NCBI GenBank assembly: GCA_963758295.1
Contig: CAVWUU010000004.1
Span: forward strand, 832,001-896,000
Source: Candidatus Eremiobacteria bacterium
Lineage (GTDB): Bacteria; Vulcanimicrobiota; Vulcanimicrobiia; Vulcanimicrobiales; Vulcanimicrobiaceae
Direction of reading: 5' to 3'
DNA: 64,000 nucleotides
Shown here: positions 40,914-48,199 of the stretch, in pieces
Layout: each line of letters opens with the position of its first letter
Numbering within the stretch: the first letter of the stretch is position 1
Notes under the pieces: generated by a model
Databases searched by the model: none
What the model was told of the DNA's origin: nothing
What the model saw: only the letters and a program-made list of their open reading frames with translations
Position numbers and translations under genes: made by a program

Positions 40914-42194
40914 CGCGACGCGATCGTCCGGCAATCGTACGCCGGCGGAAGCCAGCTCTTTGCCCAGCAGCTCGAAACCGCGTTGCCCATGCAGCGGCTT
41001 CAAGAACGGATCCACGTGCAAAAACGCAAGGTCCGGTTCCCGTTCGGCAAGGGCTGACGAAAGCACGCGCAGCGCCTCGTTCGCAAGGCCCATCGCGGCG
41101 AAAATTCCGGCCTGCAAGGTGCGCGAGCGCACGCGGCCGAGCGCGGCGCGGGAATTCACGGCGTCGCCGGCGACTGCATCGGCAACGCCTTGCGCCGCTT
41201 CCAGCCGGTCGCAATACGCGCCGCCGTTAAAACGGGTGCGCAGGGCACGCACTTCTTCGGCCGCGCCCAGCAGTGCCAGACACGTCGCTAAGAATGCGGC
41301 CGCGGGTTCGAACGACTCGTCGATTTGAAGGACGTCTTCCAAGCGCGCGCGCGCCTTTTGGCGGTCGCCGGCGTAAAAATCGACGGCACCGTACATCGTC
41401 AACAGTTCGAGTGAAACAGGATCGAGCTGAACGGCGCGCTCCACTTCTTGACGTGCCTGTTCCGTCGCGGAAGACGACGCATAGGTAAGACCCTTTGCGA
41501 CAAGCGCCCGGGGCCCATGGGGCGCGTAGAAAAGCGAACGATCGTAGTACTCGCGAGCTCGTTGCGCGTCATATCCGTAGAGAAACGCGACGTCGCCCAG
41601 CGAACGGTATGCCTCGGCATGCTCCGGATCGAGCGTCAACGCTTTGGTTGCCGCCTGAGCCGCGCGGGGAAATTCCGATGAGGCTGCGGATTCATAACTA
41701 ACCGCAAGCGCAACGCGGGCTTCCGCGATGCCGGCGTAGGCGTCGGCGAGGGACGGATCTTCGGAAACGGCGCGTTGAAACGACTCCAGCGCTTCGCGGA
41801 ACGATTTCGGGCAGCGTTTCGAAAGCAAGAACTTTCCACGCGCGTACCATCGCCAAGCCGGGCTCCTGAGCAAGTTCACCGAGGAAAAAATTTCGACCGG
41901 TACGGAAACGCGGTAGCCCGAACCGCTTATGGTAAGCAGCACCGTCAAGGCCGGCGTATGATGCGCAAACGCCTGGCGCAGCAGAAAGATATGCTGGGTA
42001 AGGTTATTTTCATGAACCGGATCGTCCGGCCAAAGCGCATGCAGCAACTGCTCGCGCGTTACGATGCCTCCGGGACGGTCCAGGAGATACTGCAAAACTT
42101 GCAACGATTTCGGCTGGAGTTTGACGCGTGTCTCACCGCAGGTCAAATCGCGAGTTTGCGGATTAAAGGCGTACGGACCGAAATGGTAGATCAT
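40887..42194 (-). CDS. OmpR/CadC-type winged-helix + TPR regulator
   Basis: YHFGPYAF..LQPKSLQVL..VTREQLLHALW..NNLTQHIFLLR..GSGYR, followed by TPRs. Confidence 0.88.
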   Translation of the reverse strand: MIYHFGPYAFNPQTRDLTCGETRVKLQPKSLQVLQYLLDRPGGIVTREQLLHALWPDDPVHENNLTQHIFLLRQAFAHHTPALTVLLTISGSGYRVSVPVEIFSSVNLLRSPAWRWYARGKFLLSKRCPKSFREALESFQRAVSEDPSLADAYAGIAEARVALAVSYESAASSEFPRAAQAATKALTLDPEHAEAYRSLGDVAFLYGYDAQRAREYYDRSLFYAPHGPRALVAKGLTYASSSATEQARQEVERAVQLDPVSLELLTMYGAVDFYAGDRQKARARLEDVLQIDESFEPAAAFLATCLALLGAAEEVRALRTRFNGGAYCDRLEAAQGVADAVAGDAVNSRAALGRVRSRTLQAGIFAAMGLANEALRVLSSALAEREPDLAFLHVDPFLKPLHGQRGFELLGKELASAGVRLPDDRVALLAGRSGQ

Positions 42195-42591
42195 CTACTT
42201 CGCTACTATGCGAGCGTTGAAGCCGTCTCCGGCGCGTTTTATGCCAGCTTTGTGACGGAGCGCATCGATGGGTACAATTGGCTCATACCAGTTCCGCGCA
42301 CAACGCGAACGTGTATAATTGACCTAACAGACTCGAGGAACATCAGGTATCCGTTCAGGCGTAATCTCAGCTCAGCATCAAACCTCAAACGCTTCGAACC
42401 GGAGAAGGAAACGGGTGCAGCCTAAAGCCGCGCCCGTTTTTCCGTTGCCTCGAAAGCCGCCGCTTTTCGTCTCCCGCACGAGCCTATAGGCGATTTGCAC
42501 CCGCGAAAAGTCGCATAGTGTATAACCAAGCGCTCGGAGTGGGTAAGTCGGAAAATCTTGTGGATAGGGTGTGAATCCTCAAAATGGTGTA

Positions 42592-42620
42592 TTGAAGCGC
42601 CGTTTTTCATCTGTTACGAT
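42592..42620 (+). promoter_or_regulatory. Sigma70-type promoter with extended -10
   Basis: TTGAAG (42592-97), 17 nt spacer, TACGAT (42615-20) preceded by TGn. Confidence 0.65.
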
Positions 42621-42626
42621 GCGGTC

Positions 42627-42816
42627 ACTTCGTCAACGAAGTGCGACGCACGTATCGATCGCAACCGCAAACGCCGTGACAAGTTGCGCTGGCAGCTTTC
42701 CGAAACGCCGGTTGAACCGCCGGATCAACGCAGGTAGGGTCTCCCACCCGGGGCCAAACCGGCGAGTCCGGTGAGCGAATACGTCAAAACCCGCCGGCTT
42801 ACCCCGGCGGGTTTTT
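42627..42816 (+). ncRNA. Candidate ~190-nt structured RNA of unknown class
   Basis: Bounded by promoter and terminator, several nested stems, no RBS-led ORF, no downstream same-strand gene. Confidence 0.55.
42786..42816. terminator. Bidirectional Rho-independent terminator
   Basis: aaaacccgccgg-cttacc-ccggcgggttttt. Confidence 0.88.
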
Positions 42817-42841
42817 GCGTGTAACGCTGGTTGCGGGGTAC

Positions 42842-43046
42842 GCGCGTTGGGAGTGGGGCGAGCATCCTCCTTCGGGGGACACCCGAAAACCCGCATCGTG
42901 CGGATTTTCTGCTCGCACATTTTTTCGTGCTAAGACGGGCGGTGTCTGCAGAACAAGCACAGCGCTCGATGAAAGCGCGCATCCTGCCCAGCACGAAAAA
43001 ACTGTGACGCCCCCGAAGGAGGACGCTCGCCCCACTCCCAACGCGC
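42842..43046. repeat. 205-bp nested inverted-repeat element (MITE/REP-like or structured RNA)
   Basis: 37-bp arms at 42842-42878 and 43010-43046 (36/37 match). Inner 12-bp arms at 42920-42931 and 42990-43001. Confidence 0.85.
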
Positions 43047-43129
43047 TCGCCTACACATCGGTTTTGAGTGAACTGCAGAGATGCTGGCGGGCGTTTTTTG
43101 CTCAATACGGGCGGCCGCGCCTTTCGAAT

Positions 43130-44110
43130 TTATGTGTATTTTTTCACTATGTCGGCGACGAGGACGCTGATGCGTGTGCGGATTTCTGTTGGGTGCACGA
43201 TTTCGGCTTGGGCGCCCCAGCCGAGGACCCAGCGTACGAGTTCGTCGACGTCGCCAACTTGGTAGTCGATTTCGGCTGAACCGTCGGTATTGCGGGTGAT
43301 TTGGCGTTCTGCTACCACGCGTGCGGCGATTGCGGCTTTTGAGACGCGGGGCGCGAACTTTACGCGCACGCTCGTGGTGTCGGCACCGTGCATTACGCCG
43401 CTGATCGATGCGGCTGCGTAGGCTTCGACGTCGAAGTCTGCGGGTCTGGTGAAGGTGCGGGCAAGGAGTTCCGGTGAGGACACGTTGTCGACGGCGAACA
43501 CCCGTTTATCGCGGCGCGAGTGATCGTAAGCAACGCAGTAGATGCGTCCCGAACTCACGATGAAACCGTAGGGGTCCACGGTGCGGGCGCTTTGTTTTCC
43601 CTCTTTGTCGGAATAGCTGAATTGCACGCTGCGCGACGTACGTTCCGCCGCCGCGAAAACCGAAAAAGCCTTTTCGCCGGCTTCGTCCATGCGAATTTCC
43701 GCAAGCCGGAATGCCATGGGCGACGGCGCTTCGGCGCGCGCTTTGGCCGAACGTCCCGACGAGCCTAGGAGTTTGTCGGTAATCTCGTCGATCGACTGCC
43801 CGATCGCGCCGCCGATCGATGCACCGAACGAACGAAGCGCGACGAGTCCGAAAAGCTCGCCGCCGCTGAGGTCCAAACGTTTGAGACTGTAACCTTCGGC
43901 GAACTTGTACGTCGCCGTGATGCGGTCGAAAAACCACGGAAAGCCCGCCTCGGATAGCACGGCGAGATAGCGGCGCAAGCTACGCGTGCTCGGCCGTTTT
44001 CCGCCTTCGGCGATACGGTCTTTCAAATCCTCGAAAGAATGGCGGCCTTCGTCGATGGCATTGAGCAGCCGGACGAGCAGGACGATCTTCGGTTCTGTGG
44101 TGCGTTCTAT
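43130..44110 (-). CDS. HTH-WYL-WCX transcriptional regulator (PafBC/DriD-like architecture)
   Basis: N-terminal HTH (STRSLRRYLAVLSEAGFP), WYL core (RTVDPYG..GRIYCVAYDHSR..RVFAVDNV), WCX (WVLGWGAQAEIVHP..R). Start proposed at ATA 44110. Confidence 0.92.
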   Translation of the reverse strand: MERTTEPKIVLLVRLLNAIDEGRHSFEDLKDRIAEGGKRPSTRSLRRYLAVLSEAGFPWFFDRITATYKFAEGYSLKRLDLSGGELFGLVALRSFGASIGGAIGQSIDEITDKLLGSSGRSAKARAEAPSPMAFRLAEIRMDEAGEKAFSVFAAAERTSRSVQFSYSDKEGKQSARTVDPYGFIVSSGRIYCVAYDHSRRDKRVFAVDNVSSPELLARTFTRPADFDVEAYAAASISGVMHGADTTSVRVKFAPRVSKAAIAARVVAERQITRNTDGSAEIDYQVGDVDELVRWVLGWGAQAEIVHPTEIRTRISVLVADIVKKYT

Positions 44111-45831
44111 GCGCGTGGTCTCCCGGGCGACGGTTCTATCGTTGGTATCGGACTTGGCGACGCCGACGGTGAGGCGGACGAGGGCACGGACGGCACCGCG
44201 ATGGGCGACGGCGGCGGCTGCGGTTTCGGGAAGCACCCGTCGGGCGCCGAAATCGGCGGCGGTGTAGGCTGTGGCGGCGTCTGCGTGATTCCTACCTCCA
44301 GCGGATAGTTCGACCCGCCGTCCGTCATCGTTTGAAGGTTCAACCGATACGTTTGATTCGGCTGCAACGTGTACGCGCTCACCTCATATGGTTGCGGAAC
44401 GCGAACGCATCCCATGTCGACCAGCGAATTGCCTAGCAAGAAGCTCGAACGAACGACGCCGCCGATCGGCCGTTCGTAGAGAAAGACCGTTGCCGGCGCC
44501 GACGTTGGATTAGCGAGCGAGAAGCCGATATTCCAAAGCACGCCGTAGTCACCGTAGTCGTGGCCCGGCGAGTTCGCCGCAACATTCGGCGGCGTGGGCT
44601 CGCGATCGCCGTAGACGAACTTTGCGTCCGGACCGCCGACGGCATAGGAAACATTCGCGCTGCCGTAATTGGCTAGCGAGAAGATGCCCGTGCGATGATG
44701 GCCGTCGTCGGGCAGTTGCGGACGGCTCAGCAACGTCCGCGGATCGATGCCGGGCGAAACGGCTACAACGGTAACATTCACCGGTCCGCCGGCCAGAACG
44801 CGCAATCCGACGGTGCCGGCGACGCCCTGCCGGTACTGCATCGGCAAGTCGTGCAAGACGTATGGAGTTGAATCGAGATCGACGATCGTTCCTTGATTGC
44901 GGGGCTGGAACAGCAAGAAGTTTTTGCTCGTAGCGTGGCCTACGCTCATTACGTCGATGTTCGGCCCGGCCGTCGAATCGATGATTTGCACTGACGACGG
45001 ATCCTGCGATTGGGACGATAGGATGACCGCCACGCGGCGCGCTTGCGGGCCGTTGTCGTGATAAAAATAAAGCCGCACCGGCCGCGCGGCATCGAACGTT
45101 CCGCGGTAAAGCACGCCGTCGGCGTTTACGCGTTCGGGATCGTCGTCGTAAAAAAGCAACGAAGGCAGAAACGTTCCCGCATCGACGTTTTGCACCGTAA
45201 CCGTCGTACTGTCGTTCACGTCGAGATACGTGTCGCCGCCGGCGATTTGCACCGGGACGGTAAACTGCGTCTGCGCACCCGGCACAAGCGGCGAAGGTGC
45301 CGGCGTCACGGGCGCGATGGCGACTTGCGCGCCCGGCTGGCTCAGCGTGAGACGTGCGACGAGCGAGGCGACCTGCTGTGCGAGCCACGCGGGATCGACT
45401 GGGGATCCGGTGACTTTCAGCGTCGCTGTTTTTTCAACGGTGCCGGCCGCAAACGCGACGCGCACCGGTACGTCGATCCGGCTGGCGCCGCTGATAACGT
45501 GAATCGTATCGTTGCCGGTTGCTTGCGTCGCCGTGACCGTCACCGTCAAAGCGCTTTGGTCGACGGCGAGGATTACGAGCTTCCGGTCGGTCGTCGCCTG
45601 AAGCGGCGCGTTTGCGCCGGTGACGGTGATAATTTGCTGCTGCGCGGGAGAAAGAGAGACGGACGCCGGTTGAACGCCGAGCGTTCCGGAGGCAGGCGTG
45701 AACGCCGGCGATGGTGATGTTTGCGGGAACGGCGATGCGGCCGGTGACGCCGGCGCGGCGGGCGTGACAAGCACCGGCGGCGGTGGAGGCGGGGTCACCT
45801 GGGCTACGACGGCGACAATCGCGGCAAACAT
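44107..45831 (-). CDS. Exported hypothetical protein with Pro-rich termini
   Basis: 574-aa ORF. Beta-rich N-half, LFYDDDPE..GVLY, YFYH, GDYGVLW, GGSNYP motifs. Confidence 0.85.
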   Translation of the reverse strand: MFAAIVAVVAQVTPPPPPPVLVTPAAPASPAASPFPQTSPSPAFTPASGTLGVQPASVSLSPAQQQIITVTGANAPLQATTDRKLVILAVDQSALTVTVTATQATGNDTIHVISGASRIDVPVRVAFAAGTVEKTATLKVTGSPVDPAWLAQQVASLVARLTLSQPGAQVAIAPVTPAPSPLVPGAQTQFTVPVQIAGGDTYLDVNDSTTVTVQNVDAGTFLPSLLFYDDDPERVNADGVLYRGTFDAARPVRLYFYHDNGPQARRVAVILSSQSQDPSSVQIIDSTAGPNIDVMSVGHATSKNFLLFQPRNQGTIVDLDSTPYVLHDLPMQYRQGVAGTVGLRVLAGGPVNVTVVAVSPGIDPRTLLSRPQLPDDGHHRTGIFSLANYGSANVSYAVGGPDAKFVYGDREPTPPNVAANSPGHDYGDYGVLWNIGFSLANPTSAPATVFLYERPIGGVVRSSFLLGNSLVDMGCVRVPQPYEVSAYTLQPNQTYRLNLQTMTDGGSNYPLEVGITQTPPQPTPPPISAPDGCFPKPQPPPSPIAVPSVPSSASPSASPSPIPTIEPSPGRPRA

Positions 45832-45854
45832 ACCGGTGTGGTATGGTGATGCGG

Positions 45855-46478
45855 ATGACGCTCCACCTTCCGGCGATTCCTACGGAGGTCGCCCGCGATA
45901 TTGCCGCGATCGGCCGCTTCGCCTCGCATCGCGGCTGGCTGCCGGCAACCAGCGGAAACATCTCCCGGAGGATCGACACGCGTCATGCCGCCATCACGCG
46001 CTCGGGTATCGATAAAGGTGCCGTCGGCGAAAATGACCTGATCGTCGTCGACCTCGACGGCTCGCTGCCGGCCGGCGTTTCGGCCGAGACGCCGCTGCAC
46101 GTTGCGCGATACCGCCGCGATCCGGCCGTCGGCGCCGTGATCCACGTCCATTCGGTGGCGGCGACCGTGCTGTCGCGAGCAGATGCCCCTGGGGGCTTCG
46201 TGCAGTTGGACGGATTCGAAATGCACAAGGCACTGGCCGGAATCACCACGCACGAAAGCGTCGTTAGGCTGCCGATTTTCGCGAACGACCAGGACACCGA
46301 GCTTCTGGCGCAACGCGTGGAGGCGCGCTTGGGCGAAGCCGCAACGGTGCCCGGCTACCTGCTCGCCGGCCACGGCCTTTACGTCTGGGGTGCGAGCATG
46401 GCGGAAGCACAACGCCACCTGGAGGGCATAGAATTTTTACTTCAGTGTGCACTCGAGGAACGGAGACTGCAGCGATGA
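45855..46478 (+). CDS. mtnB: Methylthioribulose-1-phosphate dehydratase
   Basis: ATSGNIS, SAETPLH, HVHS, GHGLYVWG. Start could be 45843-45855. Confidence 0.93.
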   Translation: MTLHLPAIPTEVARDIAAIGRFASHRGWLPATSGNISRRIDTRHAAITRSGIDKGAVGENDLIVVDLDGSLPAGVSAETPLHVARYRRDPAVGAVIHVHSVAATVLSRADAPGGFVQLDGFEMHKALAGITTHESVVRLPIFANDQDTELLAQRVEARLGEAATVPGYLLAGHGLYVWGASMAEAQRHLEGIEFLLQCALEERRLQR

Positions 46479-47035
46479 CCACGACGCTTACGACGATGCT
46501 TCGCGTCTACGAAGACACGGCGCCCGAAACGGTCGCGATTGAGACGACCGACGGCGACCGGATCGCAGAAGAGCTTGCAAAAATCGGCGTGCGCTTCGAA
46601 CGCTGGGCCGCCGATGCGGAACTGCCGGCGGGCGCCGATCAGGAAACGGTCATCGCGGCGTATCGTTCTTCCGTCGATCGCTTGATTTCCGAATGCGGCT
46701 ACCGATCGGTGGACGTTCTTCGCCTCGAGCGCGGAACGCCGAACACCGGACCGGTCCGCCAGAAGTTTCTGAACGAGCACCAGCATTCCGAAGACGAAGT
46801 GCGGTTCTTCGTCGCGGGCCGCGGGGCGTTCTACCTGCACGCCGGGGGACGCGTTTATCAAACGGTGTGCGTGCAAGGCGACCTCATATCGGTACCCGCC
46901 GGAACAAAGCACTGGTTCGACATGGGACCGGATCCCGAATTTACGGCCATCCGCCTCTTCATCAATGCCGATGGATGGATTGCTAATTTTACCGGCGATC
47001 CGATTGCAGGCGCGTTTCCGAAGCTCGACTCTTAA
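46475..47035 (+). CDS. mtnD: Acireductone dioxygenase
   Basis: EHQHSEDEVRFF, VPAGTKHWFD. Confidence 0.95.
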   Translation: MTTTLTTMLRVYEDTAPETVAIETTDGDRIAEELAKIGVRFERWAADAELPAGADQETVIAAYRSSVDRLISECGYRSVDVLRLERGTPNTGPVRQKFLNEHQHSEDEVRFFVAGRGAFYLHAGGRVYQTVCVQGDLISVPAGTKHWFDMGPDPEFTAIRLFINADGWIANFTGDPIAGAFPKLDS

Positions 47036-47039
47036 CGCA

Positions 47040-47735
47040 ATGGAATTTCGCGCGTCGGCCGCCCTTATCGATATCGAAGGCACGGTCGGATCGATCGCTT
47101 TCGTGCGCGACGTGCTTTTCCCGTACGCGCGGGACCGCATGGACCAGTACGTCGACCGGCACAAGGAAGATCCACGCGTGCGCGCGTTGTTGGACGAAGC
47201 AGCTCGCGAAGCAGGCGTCGACGTTCATGACCTTCGCGCGATCCTGGCGAGTTTGCATGCGTGGGCGGCAGCCGATCTGAAAGTTACGGTCTTAAAAGAA
47301 CTTCAGGGCCTCATCTGGGTCGAAGGCTTCGAATCGAGCGGGCTTCAAGGGCATCTGTATCAGGACGCGATCGACGCCTTGGAGCGGTACAGCGATGCCG
47401 GCGTCGCGCTTTACATATATTCTTCGGGCTCCGTTGCGGCGCAGAAATTGCTTTTCGGCCACAGCGTTGCCGGTGATTTGCTTCCGCTCTTTCGCGGTTT
47501 TTACGACACGACGACCGGCGGAAAGCGCGAAGCGACATCCTACGAACGCATCGTGCGTGACGTCGGGGCGCCGCCGAACGAAACGATCTTCTTCTCCGAC
47601 AACGAAGCTGAGTTGGATGCCGCCCGCGAAGCCGGGCTGCAAACCGTGCAGCTGGCGCGCCCTGAAGACGGGACGGTTCCAACAACGCGTCACACTTGCG
47701 TAGAGTCTTTCAATGAGGTCGAATTAACGCGATGA
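47040..47735 (+). CDS. mtnC: Enolase-phosphatase E1 (acireductone synthase)
   Basis: DIEGT, FVRDVLFPYA, YSSGSVAAQKLLF, FSD. Confidence 0.94.
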   Translation: MEFRASAALIDIEGTVGSIAFVRDVLFPYARDRMDQYVDRHKEDPRVRALLDEAAREAGVDVHDLRAILASLHAWAAADLKVTVLKELQGLIWVEGFESSGLQGHLYQDAIDALERYSDAGVALYIYSSGSVAAQKLLFGHSVAGDLLPLFRGFYDTTTGGKREATSYERIVRDVGAPPNETIFFSDNEAELDAAREAGLQTVQLARPEDGTVPTTRHTCVESFNEVELTR

Positions 47736-48199
47736 AAACCGCCGCCCGATACTTCGAAGATTTTCACATCGGCGAGACGCTTCAAAGCGCGGAATTCCAC
47801 CTCAGTGAAAAAGAATGCATCGCATTTGCCCATCTCTACGACCCGCAGCCGTTTCATTTATCGAACGAAGACGCGGAAGCCAGTGTCTTTCGGGAGCTTA
47901 CCGCAAGCGGCTGGCAAACCGCAGCTATCACGATGCGGCTGATGGTTGAGAGCGGGGTCTTTCGCGCGACGGGTATCATCGGCACCGGCATCGACGACCT
48001 GCGTTGGCTTGCGCCCGTGCATCCCGGCGATAGCCTATACGTACGCGCCGAAATCGTCGAAAAGACGCCGTGGCCGGGAAATAAGGGACGAGGCACGGTT
48101 CGCGTAAGGCTGCACACGATCAATCAGCACGGCGTCGTCGTGATGTCGCAGATTGCAAATCTGATGGTCGCCGCGCGGCCGAACGGCGCTGCTCAATGA
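47732..48199 (+). CDS. MaoC family dehydratase
   Basis: YDPQPFH, ASGWQT, PVHPGD. Confidence 0.9.
   Translation: MKTAARYFEDFHIGETLQSAEFHLSEKECIAFAHLYDPQPFHLSNEDAEASVFRELTASGWQTAAITMRLMVESGVFRATGIIGTGIDDLRWLAPVHPGDSLYVRAEIVEKTPWPGNKGRGTVRVRLHTINQHGVVVMSQIANLMVAARPNGAAQ

Noticed and set aside
41775..42425. ORF ending ..ETGAA* as a tmRNA tag
   Set aside because: No tRNA-like ends or T-arm. Most of the ORF is antisense to the wHTH-TPR gene.
42559..42567. DnaA box / origin (tgtggatag, also ggtggataa at 52591)
   Set aside because: Isolated one-mismatch boxes with no cluster, AT-rich unwinding element or dnaA context.
42627..42785. Known riboswitch (c-di-AMP/ydaO, ZTP, c-di-GMP-I)
   Set aside because: Only fragments resemble them (ttgaacc..ggtaggg, cccacccgggg, aaaccggc). 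The other conserved motifs are missing and there is no same-strand downstream gene.
42842..43046. CRISPR array or autonomous IS
   Set aside because: Repeats are inverted and only two copies. No spacers, cas genes or transposase in the window.
42422..43279. ORF-track ORFs in the non-coding island (e.g. repeated PPKEDARPTPNA)
   Set aside because: The peptide repeat is a by-product of the inverted repeat read on both strands. No RBS or recognisable domain.
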